Shown piece after piece: positions 25,406 to 39,403 of a stretch of DNA of 64,000 nt. Each line of letters begins with the position of its first letter. Position 1 is the stretch's first letter. The notes under the pieces were generated by a model. The model was not told where the DNA came from, did not search any database, and was given only the letters and a program-made list of their open reading frames with translations. The stretch is from Mobula hypostoma (Eukaryota): NCBI RefSeq assembly GCF_963921235.1, contig NC_086109.1:30754001-30818000 (forward strand), given 5' to 3'. The translations under genes were made by a program, and so were the position numbers.

Positions 25406-27204
25406 CATATATTAATCTTTAGTTTTAAGTTATACAGTTACTGAAGAAGGGATGGATAGAACAAAGGAAATACTTTTGATAGGGTGAGGCCAAGTTTGTT
25501 CTGGTGGTATACTATTCAAAAAGTCATCTGACTGATCAAGTGAAGAGGAAAATTGGAGGAAAGGACCTGTAAATGATGTGAAAAACAGATCAGAGCTACT
25601 ACAATGAGCTGAAACAAAAAAAGAAGATGGTTGGGATTACCTTTTAGAGTGCTTCTATTTGGCAGAGGAATAATATGTGATTTACCAAAGACCTCATTGT
25701 AATGTCCCCATGGGCAGTAAGGCTTGCAGCTCAGTCATTGATTGTGATCGCTGTGGTCTGCTGCACCATCTACTGTGTGTATGAGACAACAGAGAAAACC
25801 ATATGACAGACCTTCAAGTGCTGATAATTATTGTGAGCAGTCCACACACACATCCAGCATGCATGCAGTGGAACACATGATGCCAGAAGAAATGTAATAG
25901 AATAGATGAATGACACACTGAGTCAATGTATCTGTTACCAGAACCATTTTAGAAGATCTCTTCAGCACATGTCAAAATGAATGCTGAGACTTGAGATATT
26001 CTGCTTTATTCTGCATGGCTTCAGAATTTTTCAGGCACAACTGCCAGCGAAGCAGCAGGTGAGATCAGAGGTCTGCCTAGGGACTGTAAGTGATTCATCT
26101 TATGATTGTTGGCTTGCTGGCTGACAGGCAACAGCAAGGGTACTGGCAGACTGCAATTGGTGGAAGCATGGAAGTTCTCACCCTCAGAGATGCTGCCAGA
26201 TCCTTGTTCCACAAAACCCCTGCCATATTACTGAGGTGATACCTCTACAATCTTAGTTACATTTGAATAAAAGCAAATAGAGGAATAGTAACAATTCTAA
26301 ATGATTATTTTGCATTGTTTTTCATCGACGAAGACATTCAGATCATTCAATTACAAAAGATAATCTAAAGGCATTATGATGGAAGAACTTAAAATAATTC
26401 CTCACAAGAGGAAAACATTCCAGGCAAATTAATGGAGGAAAAGGCTGACTAGGTGGCTGGACCCGATAGACTGTATCCTGGTGATTTAATGGAAGTAGCT
26501 GATGAGCTAGTTATAATTCACTAATTTTTTCTGGATTCTGGAGGGGTCACAAATGATTGTAAAACAAATTTAATTGGGAGGAAGTTCTCCCTACAGAGGG
26601 CTATGAATGTTTGGAATGCACTGCCTTGGAGAACTGAGTCACTGGAATTAGTCAACACAGAGTGGCAGACACAAGCTACAAGGGTAATGGGGCAAGAGCA
26701 GGAAAATGGTGTTGAGTCCACCGGCTGAACCAATCACCCTGTTACTGAATTATGGAACGAGGTTAAGCAACCCATGAGACTATTCTGAGGACAGAATAGA
26801 GTTCATTTTTTTTAAAGTCACTTGATCTACAATTGGTTCCTCCGATGTAAAAGGGACCGTATTTTGAGCACTAGATCAGTACACTAGACAGAAGAAATGC
26901 AGATATGAGCCTAATATTCTAATTGTCTCTCAGCTCAATTTTCTACCACATTCCCACTCTGGCATTACAGTCTTTGTTCTCCTCCTACTGTGCCATTGAG
27001 GTCCAACCTAAGCTGAAGGAACCTTCCATTTGAGCATATTACAGACCTTCGATATCAATGTTGAATTTATCAATTTCAGATGGCCATTCTTTCCTGATCA
27101 TATCTTCCTCCTGTGCCTTTAACTATGACTTTCTTTTTTCACAGATGTTACTTACTTTGTTGAGTATTTCCTGCATTCTCTTTTATTTTGCTGCAACTCA
27201 TGTG

Positions 27205-27790
27205 TCCTAGAACATAGAACATAGAATAGTAGGGGGCAATAGATGCCCTTTGCCCCATGATACTTTGCGAAATTTTAACCTACTTCAAGATCAATCAAAT
27301 GCTCCATCCCATATAAACCTTCATTTTTCTTCATTTTTTAAGTGTCTTTTAAATGTTCCTGATGTATCTCACATCCTACAATTTTCTCCAAATACCTTAA
27401 AATTATTTTAGCATTTTTGCCTGGGATAAATGTGCTGACTGTCCACTCTTCTTATGCTTCTTATCATCTCATACACTTTGTCAAGTTGCTCCAAAGAGAA
27501 AAGCCCTAGCTCACTCAACCTACCTTCCTAAGACATGCTATACAATCCAGGCAGCATCCTCATAAATCTTCTCTATACCCTCCTTAAAGCTTCCACATCC
27601 TTCTTATAACGAAGTGATCAGAACTGAATGCAATACTGCATGTGTAACCTAGCCAGTGTTTTATAGAACTGCAACATTATTTCATGGCTCTTGAACTCAA
27701 TCCCTTGACTAATAAAGGCCCACAGACCATTCACCTTCGTAACCGCCCTTTCAACTTCTGCAGCAACTTTGAGGGATCTACGGATGTATC
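27205..27790 (-). mobile_element. CR1 LINE 3' fragment
   Basis: (tagaaca)n tail at 27208-27228; typical CR1 end (ctccaaagagaaaagccctagc, gatcagaactgaatgcaatact). Confidence 0.75.
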
Positions 27791-30679
27791 ATACTGTTTC
27801 AACATTTTATTTCTACTAACTGCCCTGTACTTTAACCACATTCAGATGCATCAACTTTCATCAACTTCTCTTAGATGGCAATAATTTTGTCACGAGAATG
27901 TAATGTCCTGCTTATACCATTACATAGGACAATCTTTTTTAGTCTCCATCCCTCCACCTTTATTTTCTCACTTTTCCAATTCTGATGAAAAGCCAGTGGT
28001 TTGAAATATGAATATAGATTCTCTCTCCACAAATGCTCCAGTGACTTCCTTTGCAGCTCTAGCATTTCTATGTTTTAAAATTTTAAGCCTCTAGCATCTG
28101 AAATTTTCTTTTTGACTTTAGAAAGCATTTGCTTTGGGTGCAATGGCAGCTGTAACAGCATCATAGCTGGTTCATAAGTGCATTAACTTACTTGGTCACA
28201 ACCATCATGAAGTATGAATTTAAACAACGCCCAATGACTTGAGCTATGTTCATGCCTGACACCTCCATATTTCTTGAGATTATTTCTCTTCCCTTTGGCA
28301 TGAATTTCAGAGTGCACTGGAATATATTATACCTTTCTAATTTTTACACCATCAAAACCTTCTTACAAAACTTCTGCAGGAGAATTCATACACACAATCT
28401 GGCAACTGTGCCCTTAATGTCAGTGTTGATGGCTTTGATTGTAAAGTTGTGTGTTGGTGTGTCTTCAGCATTGCAATCTTACCGTCCCCCTTCAGCCAAG
28501 TCAGCTTGCGTTTATTAGATACCTGAAATACAAATGACAGAAAAGGTGAATAAGCAGCGGAATAAATTCTTTAAACGTAATTTTAAATTCACCAAGTTTT
28601 ATGGATGTTCATTTTTGCAATACATCAATTTACTTTAGTTTCTCAGATTTGGTTAGAAAATCGATTATTTTTCTCCGCAAAATATTCCATTATGATGTTT
28701 CATTTCAAAGTAATGTTATTTGACATTTTGGTATATCTACCTCTCCTCACATTCATGGGGTGACATTTATTCTCCATTCCCAATTAGGCTTGTCTAGTAG
28801 TCAGCAATCACCTGCGTGAAGACTGGTATCAGTGTGATGAATGTATTGTCCCACTGTACTGAAAATTACTGCTTCTCAGTGAATTGTCAGTAATGATGGA
28901 GGACTATTTCCATAACAGGAAGTTAAGTTACTTGGATGTAGTGGCAATCTGATGTCTCTGCAGCCCCTGGTCCTTCCAGCTGTTGTCATGGCAAACTGCT
29001 AGAGTTCACTCTGGCAAAGTTCTACATATTGCAACTGATTGTGCAAGAAGAACAGACCACTAAATATAGTGAAGGGAAGATGGTTGCACGGTCAACCTAA
29101 CACGAGTGGGCATCGACTGACATAATTTATGAGCAGTTGTAATACAGGTATGCAACCAGTAATGCACAACCTCACATCTGATATTTCAATGATGGTAATG
29201 TCATTTTGAAGCCGTTGATCATAATTGTATCCACCATATTGCCCTGTGAATTTCCTCAATAATATACTAAGGGTGAAATTACTGACCCCAGCATTCACAT
29301 CCACTTCCTTTAAGCAGAGCTTTTAAAAGTGAGAAGATTTCCTGATTCCTTTGACTTCAGTGTTGTTAAGATTTCTTGATGAAACTTGGTAAAATACTAG
29401 CTTGAGACGTCAGTCTCTCTTACTTCTCAACAGAAATTCAATTTTCTCATCTGCATTTAGAACATGGTTACAATAAGACCTCCAGGTTCTTGACAAGATT
29501 CAGAGTGGGCTCTGCTGATCAGGTTATTTGTGATAGTGCAATTGATCACAAGTTCCAGCAGTTTTGTGATAATTGCCAACAGCTCCATGGGGGAGGGGGT
29601 GTTACTGAGCTGGATTTGTCAAGCTTTTTGTGAATGGAAAATATATGGATTTTTTTTTCACTTTGCAAGCTTATTAATTCTTCAAAATGAGATGGATATT
29701 GCTGACAAGTGCGGCATTTTCCCTCATCCCATATTACTTTTGAAATGAGTGGATTTCTAGTTGGGTCAACCACATTTGTGTAAATCAGGAATAATGAAGA
29801 TGCCAGAGCAACTAAAAAGAGTACATTTCTTTCCTGTTATTGGTGACACAAGCAGAAGATGGATTGTTTTAAAACCATCTAGAAATTTTATTACTGCATC
29901 TCTAATTCTATCTTTGTATTGCAAATTTATTTAATTAAATGCCCCTTGCAGCTGTGAAAAGATTTGAACTAGTTTCCTAGTACCCAGACTTCTGAATCTT
30001 GGTCCTGCAATGTAACTACAAAACAACTAAACTCCTACATATTAAACTGTCTGTCTATCCAAGAAAGTTGACCCAGAGCATGAAGAAATAAAATAGAACC
30101 TTGTGTAATATACAGTGCAGTATTTTATTAAATTTTGTTCAGAATATATAATATTTCATAAACACAAGAGATTCTGCAGATCCTGGAAATCCAGATGAAC
30201 AAACACAAAATACTGGATGAACTCAGCAGATCAGGTAGCATCTGTGGAGAAGAATGAATAGTTGATGTTTCGGACTGAGACCTTAATTTTCTTTGTCCCA
30301 AAATGTATAATGTCTGTACATATTAAAAAAACATAATTACAATTCTGATTCATTTTAATAATTTGTTGGAAATAGTCAGTGTGAATTCATCCATGGCCCA
30401 AATTTTATGTTGTATTGACAACAAAACTGTAAACCTCATCGTCATTAAACCTTTAAACTGATATTACCTCTGGAACATTCACAGTGAAACAGGAACATCC
30501 AGAAGTTGCAGTCAGTTATTTCCTGTTCTTCCACAATTTGTGCTGCACTTTTCTAGCTGCCTAATTAAGGGAAAGTCTGTGGGTTTAATGATGGATGTCT
30601 ATTTGTGCAATACAAGAAGTAGGCCTTGTTCCAGACTTACTCATGCTCCCCACCTCAAGCCTGCAGTTATGTTGAATAA

Positions 30680-31055
30680 CTGGAAGGCTTTAATTCCATT
30701 CTTAAGCACATCAATATTTCCTCCACTTTTGCTCTCAATCGCTCTCCTTCCATCAGAGCAGAATAGGGTTCTATTTGTCCTCACTTTCCACTCCACCAGA
30801 CCACATTCAACACATCATATTCAATACTTTACATCACAATCAATGAGATTCAACCTCACTTACCCCCCTTCCCTTCCAGCATTCAAAACTTCTTCCTTCT
30901 ACCTATTTCACTCTTCTGCTTCCAATAACCACCCCCTTCTTATGGCTCTTTACCATGTAAGAACACGAGATAAAGCAGCAGTTCATTTGCCATGTCCCTC
31001 TGCACCATCCATGGACATGAAGAGATTTTCCAGCTCTAATCTATTGTATCCTCCA
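30680..31055 (+). mobile_element. Old Penelope-like fragment
   Basis: NRVLFVLTFH in ORF 30540..31058 is homologous to NRVPLVLTYH of the younger PLEs. Confidence 0.55.
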
Positions 31056-31059
31056 TGAA

Positions 31060-31820
31060 CAATGAAAAATGGCAGATGGAAGTTAATGCAGGCAAATGTG
31101 AGGCTTTGCATTTTGAGAGGACAAGCCAGGGTAGAACATACACAGTGAATGGTAGGATACTGAGGAGTGTGGTAGAACAAAAGAATCTGGGAATACAAAT
31201 CCATAATTCCTTGAAAGTGGATGACAAATAGGACCATAAAGAGAGTTTTTGGTATATTGGCCTTCATAAATCAAAGTATTGACTACAGAAGTTAAGTGAG
31301 GTCAAACTTGGAGTTTTCTCTGGTCACCTACCAACAGCAAAGCTATCAATAAGATTGAAAGAGTACGGTGAGAATTTATAAGATTTTTTCTGGTACTTGA
31401 GGACAAGAGATTTAGAGAAAGGTTAAATAGGTTAGGACTTTATACTCTGGAATGTGGGTTTTTTGATAGAGGTAAGCAAAATTATGAGGGGCATAGATGA
31501 TAAAAGCAGGCTTTTTCCACTGAGGTTGAACTAGTGGACATAGGTTAAGGGAGAAATGTGAAATATTTAAAGAGAATCTGTCGGGGGAGATTCTTCACTC
31601 AGAGGATGGTATTAGTCTGAAACATGCTGCCAATGAAAGTGATGGAGATGGGTTCAATTGCATCAATAAAGAGAAGGTTGGATAGATACATGGCTGGGAG
31701 GGGTCTTGAAAAGCAATGGACCAAGTGTGGATCAATAGGAGGACTCGGCATAATAACAGTTGGACATGGACTGGATGGGCCAAAGGGCCTGTTTCTGTGC
31801 TGTAGCACTCTATGACCCTA
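31060..31820 (+). mobile_element. CR1 LINE 3' fragment
   Basis: KWQMEVNAGKCEALHF-like RT C-terminal segment; 3' stem ggccaaagggcc and ctctatgaccctat tail. Confidence 0.8.
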
Positions 31821-32237
31821 TCATGAAGAAAGTAAATTCTCCATTTAGTTAGCAAAGCTGATCCGGAGTTTTCAGTCACCTGTCATGAACTCCATCCCAC
31901 TCCTATACTGACCTCTCTATCTGTGCCTACTACATTGTTCTAATGATGGAAAATACTCAAGGAATATCATCCCAACTTCTAACTGGGAGATTTACATGAC
32001 TGGGATTTGGTATTTAATGTAACATGAAATAAGCAGACTTTATTGTTTATGTTAGAAATAGCCTGCTCTGATTTAAGATGATTCCCATGTATTGTTGACT
32101 CAACGTTTTCCTCTCCACAGATACAAACTGACATCTTGAATAATGCCAATACTCTTTTTGTTTTGTTCGGTTTTGTTTCAGATTTCTAGTACTTACTGTC
32201 TTCTGCCTTTCACAGTTCCACTTTATCTGTTTATATT

Positions 32238-32765
32238 TACTTTGAGTGGCCACTTTATTAAGTACATCTGTTCATTAATACAAATATCTAATCAGTCAAA
32301 CATGTGGCAGCAACTCAACGCATAAAAGCATATAGACATGGTCAAGAGGTGCAGATATTGATCAGGAAAAAAAACATCAGAACAGAGAAGAATTATGATC
32401 TAAGTGAGTTTGCCTGTGGTGTCAGACAGGATGGTTTGAGTATCTTAGAAACCGCTAATCTCCTGGGATTTTCACACACAAGTCACTAGAGTTTGCAAAG
32501 AATGGTGCAAAAACAAAACAAACAAAAAAAATCCAGTGCTTGGCAGTTTTGTGGGGAAAAAACACACTGTTAATGAGAGAAGTCAGAGGACAATGGCCAG
32601 ACTGGTTCAAGCTGATGGAACGAGACAGTAACTCAAATAACTATACATTGCAACAGTGGTGTACAAGGAGCATTTTTGAATGCACAATACATCATACCCT
32701 GAAGTGGGTGGGCTACAGTAGCAAAGACCATGAACATACTGTGCACTCAGTGGTTATATTACAGG
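32238..32765 (+). mobile_element. Tc1-derived non-autonomous element (third copy)
   Basis: tgagtggccactttatta left end; DLSEF..GLSILETANLLGFS remnant; colinear with the 14179 and 24510 copies. Confidence 0.8.
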
Positions 32766-34884
32766 AGACAACTGAGGGTATTGCCCCCAATCTACCTCAT
32801 TCATCTCTTACCTGGCCCATTGGTTAACAACATCTATGCACACAAACACCACTGTTTTCCAACCTATCACAACTTATCTCTGCCCACTAATCTCAATGCA
32901 ACAGAAGCACATTAGTTTTCTTGCTATTTTAGTTCTAATGGCAGGTTATTGACCTGTAATTCCTCTTCCCACAGATACATCCTGTCTCTTTGAGTATTTT
33001 CTAGCTCTTCCTGGTGTTAGTTTACATTTCCAAAAAAGAATGGTCGTTGATGAAGTCAGTGTGCTGTACCTCTGTTCTGAATTTGAAAGGCAAGGACAAT
33101 ATACTGATATTGCTATATGGTGCATTCCAGACGTCAGGGCGATTTTCTGCTGTGAGAACTCTTCAACGTGATTGGCTGCTCCGCCAGTTTGATTGTACCC
33201 TGTTTGCTCTACATGGGTGATTGCATCAAATCAATGTCTGACAGCAACTGACATCTAAAAAATGCAGAAGTGGGAGCAGCTTTCTTTGAAGTGAGCACAA
33301 AGTAATATTGTTTCGCTATTGATCACAAAATCCATTACACTTGACTGAGATTGCTCAGGTACAGGAATGACAGAAACAAAAGAGGAAATTTGGATGTTGG
33401 TTGATTCTCTCCGTTAAACACTTGTGCCGGCGTTTCTTAGCTTTTCAGATCGCTTATTTTTTTGGAGATCAAAAACAAAACAAAAACAACCTATGCTGGA
33501 AATCTGAAATAAAAATAAATAGTAAACTGAAAATATGAAAATGCTGGATATGCAAAGCAAGTCAGATACCATCTGTGGAAAGAGAAACAGTGCTAACGTT
33601 TCTTCAGAACTAGGGTTCGACTTCACTTCACACAGATGCACCTAAGCTTTCGCTGATTTTACTTGTTTTATGCCCGGATTATATGTGGAATCGACACAGA
33701 TCAACACAAGATTCCATCCCGTCATTTTTGTTTAAATTCCAAGTGGTGGTGGATATGTTTTTGTGAAATGTTAATTGCGTTTATAGAAATCCTATCTGTG
33801 CTTTGTGTTCGATACAGTATGTCTGTTTGAATTGATAATACTTGGAATAAAATCTCTTTACTAACAATACAGAGGGAAACAGCTTGCTACAATTTCAAAA
33901 TTCGGCGTATACCCACTTAACAATGTTCGCACTCGTCTTACTGCGTGTAACAATGGCTCGTTCTTACGTCGGTCGTTGTTGCTATTTCTGTGAGAATCTG
34001 AACTGGTGCTTGACGCATCAGTGATTTGTAAGTCGTTAATTCGGCATCTTGATTTACGATTATACTTAGATGCAATTGTGAATCCGCGAAAAAAAAAACA
34101 CAGCAAACATGAATATTCTTTTCCGTACTTATCAGCGTTGTTTTCTGAAGTGCCCACATAATTTAGAATGCAGGGAATGTGCCGGACCTGTAGAACTTAC
34201 TTCACCGAGATCGTGCCTTTGTCAGGTACCGAGTCCTGAATATGGATTCCAGATAGATTCTGCCGGTAAATGTGTCTCCGCTAGTTTCGACTGGAACCCT
34301 GTTCTAGAAATGGTTGGTGCTTTGTTACGTGCGGCCCCGTGAGGCATTTGTATTTTTCTTTCGCATTGTTAAAAGTTCATACATACCAGCTGCACATATC
34401 CGGCAATTATAGATGGCGCAATTGTCTTATGACCTCGTCAAAATTTTCGATCATTTTCTTTACGCATTTGTTTTCTCTTCCGCCTCTCTCCATATGTTCA
34501 ACGCGTGGATTGCCTTGTTGATTTATTCTGTCTGTCCCAACCTCACTCCAAGTCTTGGGAGGCTACCAGAGGGCCACCCGCGAGTAAAATATAAACCAGT
34601 ACAGATACACGTGATCCGGCATTACCCAGAGGCTATGTTTAAATTAGTGCATTCCGTTTAAGCTATCCTTCCAGTTTCGCCCCTCCCCGATCCCCACACT
34701 CAATTCTGGTACTATTACGAAATAGATAACCCTGCTCTTTGGAAACATGAGTCCATGTAAGAAGACAGATCAATTTAAACCGATACTGACATCTACATCT
34801 CATATGCATCTACTTAACACTGGAACTATAAGTTTATGAATAGCTCTGTTGGATGCGAGTGGCGGGTGCTGCGAGAGGTCGGTA

Positions 34885-34925
34885 GGGGCGGGGAGCGGGA
34901 TGGTGGGGGAGGAAGCCTATAAATA
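34885..34925 (+). promoter_or_regulatory. GC box + TATA box (candidate core promoter)
   Basis: GGGGCGGGG at 34885-34893 and TATAAATA at 34918-34925, followed by TGACGT and a CAG|GTAGG donor-like site near 34960. Confidence 0.35.
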
Positions 34926-35069
34926 GTATAGCTTTACTCTTGTATGAGCTGACGTTTCCAGGTAGGTCCATTCACGGACATCCGCGCAAAACCTACAGAT
35001 CGCGCGATGTAGTTTTTTTTTGGAGATAAAATTAACAATTCTCCTTTCAGTTTGATGAGTGTCTTTTAC

Positions 35070-35187
35070 TTGTGCGGGATGTACGGTGCAATCCCATCTC
35101 GAGGCATGGTTTGATTTGGCTCATCTCGGGCGACCAGCGAGCAGGTTAGGGAATAATCGGCAATTAAGTCGGGCGCTGTCCAGAGTG
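35070..35187 (-). CDS. Candidate exon 2 of a minus-strand gene (speculative)
   Basis: ctgctttcAG acceptor; stays open in the phase set by exon 36099-36129 (SLWTAPDLIADYSLTCSLVARDEPNQTMPRDGIAPYIPH); weak AA|GTAAAA donor, otherwise an in-frame TAA follows. Peptide not recognised. Confidence 0.2.
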
Positions 35188-36098
35188 CTGAAAGCAGATG
35201 TGTCTTTTGGAAAGTGGGCTAAATTCTGATCTTGAAACTAACTGAACAAACACCAAGAACTGGTGGCACATAGGCACGTGCATCACCGATACGTTTCCTG
35301 TTGGTTCCTGCCCACTCTTTATCACAGTCTTCCAATCTGGGCATTGTTGTTTAAAAGTAATCCTTCTAAAATCCTGGTTGTAGGAGTGTGGTCAGTTTAT
35401 TTGTCCAAAACGTTACCGTTGAAAAGAAGTATGACGACCTGGTTGTCTCTCAGTTCTATCGCTGAAGTTCACTTTTAAGGATGATTATGATATAACTACT
35501 TCAGATGGAAGGATATTGGCTGTAGCAGTAACATGCCATCAACTTTTTGGTTTCTAGCTATACTGTCTGCGCTTCTCATTGCCTTTTGTAGTAAGTATAA
35601 GTTAATTATTTTAGAGAGAATGTGGTTTGGATCTCAATAACATATAAATCTTGTGAATTGCGAATTGTAATGACTGGATAACTTAATAGCCATTTCTATA
35701 TTGAATTAGTTTATTATTAGTATTATAATTGGTTTGCATGTGCATATTTCAAGGTTTCCCCTTCAATTCAATAAACGGTATATAAAGGAACTTAAAGTAA
35801 AACATATATTTTCTGTTACTGAGGGGCTGCATTTTACATATAGGTTAAACATGTTTGAAATTCATTATATCACGTATGCTCTATTAGTAATAATGAAGAT
35901 GTTGCTGAGAATTACAGGGTACATTCCAGCCTTATAATGAAATGCTAAGAATCCACTTTTCTTCCTGTTTACAAATTACAGGTAAAATTGTTCCAGATTT
36001 TACATACTTCTTGAAGATGAGCTATATTGCCAGTTTTAATACAACGCCTTTAAAATAGGGGTTAATAAGTCGAATCCCAGCAGTGTCCCATTACTTAC

Positions 36099-36129
36099 AT
36101 TCTCCCGCACTCGGCAGCTCGGCAGCCAT
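36099..36129 (-). CDS. Candidate first coding exon (MAAELPSAGE, phase 1)
   Basis: Strong Kozak context gaaATGG, 10 codons + 1 nt, consensus GTAAGT donor, GC-rich upstream leader within the CpG region. Protein not recognised. Confidence 0.35.
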
Positions 36130-37504
36130 TTCGAAATATCAGGAGCTTAAGCAAAATCGACTTGCCTCCGGGTGAGGGTCCGGGACGGCGGGAGGTGGCG
36201 GAGGTGGCTGGGTGGGCAATGAGGGGGTGTGGTGCTGTTAACACACGTCAGCTGCTGCAGTTGCCTCTGTTCCTAGTTAATAGTCTGTCTTGTAACTCGA
36301 ATTCCAATACACAGTGGTGCCACTAGTGGGACTCGAGATGATGAAACATTTATAAGAAGGACCAAAATGCTGGCTATAATTGAATGTTATGAAATATCAC
36401 CTGATGTTGGTCATTCATTGCACTAAGCTTTTGCAAGACGCTTTAATAGTATCAGTATCAGTGTCGCCTTTGACTTCAGGCCGATTTGACTAATCATAGA
36501 ACAAAATTAGGAATACAATAGTAGTAAAGAATAAAACTCACCACCGTGAAGCCATTAGTTACATGAGTTATCAGAGTTTATTTGGATATACAGCATTCTG
36601 AACAGCTGCACAAGGGGGAAAAAACTTACCAGTTATGTCTTTGAACTTGTAACAAATACTCTAAATGTGGTAAGCGAGGGGAATAATACAATGACAGAGA
36701 ATGAAAACCGTGTGTTTATTTTTTTTTAGGTGAACAAAATTTCTCATTATGAATAGGAACACATTTGACCTTGTGATTTAGAAAATGTCACCACAAGTTG
36801 CAAATGTAGATTGGTAAAGTTAAGCTGCATGTTTCTAAATTAAAGGAAATAATTTTCGTTTCTATTTATTCTAGTTTTTACAATAAACATAACAAAAATA
36901 AGTGCCTTTGGAACTTGGTCTGAAGATAAGCAAATCAGTGTAATAGTTTTCGCATGCGTGTGGCATACAGTATGTTTTAGTTTCAGTACCTGTAATCACT
37001 CATAAGTGTTGAAACCTTCTCGATGGTAAAATGATTGGTCAAGGGCCAATTTCAATGCATATTTCTTGTTCACTGAGCGAAACATAGATGTCTCTTGTAT
37101 GTGCTTTATGAGCTGTAGTTTCCTTAAGAGTAGTGGGGGTATTAGGCAATGAGCCTCACTGTCGTGTTATCCCATCCATTTGCAGAGATTACAAAGATAA
37201 TAAAGTGCATGAGTCGTCATACAATAAATCAAGACAACTACATATTCCTAACAATGTCAGCTGATTTAGTGTTGCCATACAAGGAAGAATCCTACACTCA
37301 CACCAATCATAACACTAGCATTATTATAGGAAAACTCTACAAACTCTATTTTAAAATGCATAAGTATCAATTCTACTTCTTTAGAAACAATATCTGTGTG
37401 CCAGGAGCTAAATACAAGGTACCTGTAGGAAATTCTCAGCTTTTGCCCAATTCCTGTCCAGTTGAAAATGGAGAATTTCAATGTTGTTGTCATTTCTTTG
37501 GTTT

Positions 37505-38140
37505 CATAGATGAGTACGGCAGAGGAACAGGCCCTTCAGCCCACAATATCTGTTCTGACTCTACTGTCAATTTAAACTGCATATAGTCTAAATCCCTCAT
37601 TCCCCTGCCACTTTGTGTGTTTGTCTAAACACCACTTGAATGTTGCTACTGTATCTGATACCACCAGCTTCCCTCACAAGCATAGTTCAGGCACCTACCA
37701 TTCTTCTGGTACATATATGGGATAAGCTGCCAGCCGAAATGGTTGAGGAACGTACAATGATACTTAAAGTACATTTAAGTATATACTTGGGGCATGGTGT
37801 TCAGAGAGATATAAATCAAATGAAAGCAAATGGGTCTAGCTTGATGTGCACTATTATCAACATGGAAGAGCTAGGCTGCAGGAACTATTTTACGCTGTAT
37901 TATTCTATGACTTTATATAAATCTCACAGGTTACTCCCAGTGTTCATGCTCCAATGAAAATGATACAGTTTGTCCATCCACTCATTTAGCTGATATTCTC
38001 TTATCCGGGAAAGATCCTGGTGAACATTTTCTACATGCTCCATAAGGCTTCGACATCTTTTCTATAATAGGGTGACCAGAAATGCACACAATACTCCAAA
38101 TGCAGCCAAGACGAAGTCCTATACAGCTGCAAAATTGCTT
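37505..38140 (-). mobile_element. CR1 3' fragment containing an oppositely oriented CR1 3' piece (about 37710-37912)
   Basis: ggaacaggcccttcagcccaca (minus 3' stem), gaccagaaatgcacacaatactccaa; internal plus-strand aagctgccagccgaaatgg...tattctatgact. Confidence 0.6.
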
Positions 38141-38399
38141 ACTGACTTGTGTGGTAGGAGGCTGCTGCTTTTCCGCATTAAAATTGACACATTAATGATT
38201 TGGAGATGAGAGTGAAGCTTTATTGGTTAAACCCCCTTTACTCTCATTGGTAGCAATTTCAATTTAGAGTATGATAGAATGAGATGCCAATTCAGGGGAC
38301 TTTCTAGAAGGCAAAGTAGAGGTTAAAATTCTTAGGCTCTTGTGGGAATTTTTGTGCAATGGTCAGAGAATCTTCAATGATAGTTTAAGCTATCAATAT

Positions 38400-39150
38400 T
38401 AAATGTGCACCAAAGGTCTGAATTCAAGTCCTATGGTGACAATGATTACCTTGATACCATTACATTGGTGTCGAAGAGCTCTGGTAAAGCTGAATGGAAA
38501 GGGTTGTGGTTGTTAGGAATCTACATCTGCTTTTTCAATGAACTTTATTCCACCAGAAGGTCAGAAGTGGGATGTTCACTAATGGTTGATTACTGTTCGA
38601 ATTCCATTGATGACTCCTGGGAAACTGATGCAGTCCATGTCTGCAACATTAATCATGATACAACATGTAATGACACACATAAGTGAAGGATAACATTTGC
38701 ACCAGAAATATAAGGGATGGCCATCTTCAGCATGCTGGGGGATCACAATTGACCAGAAACTCAACAGAGCCAGGTATCTAAGCAAATTAGCTTAGAAATT
38801 CAGCAAGGGATTCCATATCATAACATGGATTAGTTCACCTCCTACTATCCCAAGACATTCCCATAATCTAAAAAGCACACACCAGGAGCAGAATGCACAT
38901 TTATCTGGATCACTACAGCTCCATCAACACTGAATATACTTAACACCATCCACAACCGTGTCGTCGAAGTAAATAGCTTCCCATGGATCAGTTAGAAAAT
39001 TCTGTCCCTGCACCAATAGTCAATCTGTATTGTAGCGTGCACCATCTAAAAAATGCACTTCACATCAGCTACTCCAAAAAACACCTCCCAAACCTATGAA
39101 TACACCCCTCAAATGTAAGGCTCACCCATACTTCCATGTTTCTCTGGTAG
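38400..39150 (+). mobile_element. Ancient CR1-like LINE remnant
   Basis: ctgggggatcacaattgaccagaaactcaac (LG.TIDQKLN) RT-thumb-like segment; heavily decayed. Confidence 0.45.
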
Positions 39151-39165
39151 TCACATACAATTCTG

Positions 39166-39403
39166 AACGTAAGTGATTCTGCAGATGCTGGAGATCCACA
39201 GCAACACGGCCACACTGCTGGAGGAAATCAAAAGTTTAGGCAGCGGCCATGGAGAGGAATAAACTGCTAACGTTTCTGGCTGAGAACTTTTATCGGAGCC
39301 CTTCATCATTCCTAACGAAGTCTTGGTCCAAAATGTCAGCTGTTTATTTGTTTCCATAGATGTCGCTTGACTTGTTGAGTTCCTTCGAGATTTTGTGTGT
39401 GTT
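39166..39403. mobile_element. Fold-back pair of Penelope-like 3' termini
   Basis: The left arm is the minus-strand terminus and the right arm the plus-strand terminus, meeting at decayed hammerhead cores. Flanked by acatacaattctg (39153-39165) / acatatgattctg (39404-39416). Confidence 0.7.

Larger units (their letters stand above)
33880..36330. promoter_or_regulatory. CpG-retaining region (putative promoter domain 1)
   Basis: CpG dinucleotides are visibly far more frequent than in the flanks, in non-repetitive sequence; not computed. Confidence 0.55.

Noticed and set aside
27975..28070. ctgatgaa...gaaa motif (similar ones at about 32935, 46070 and 47045)
   Set aside because: Decayed PLE termini; the stems or core are broken, so they are not called as ribozymes.
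37149..37586. 145-aa ORF
   Set aside because: No recognisable motif, AT-rich, and it runs into a CR1 tail; probably chance.
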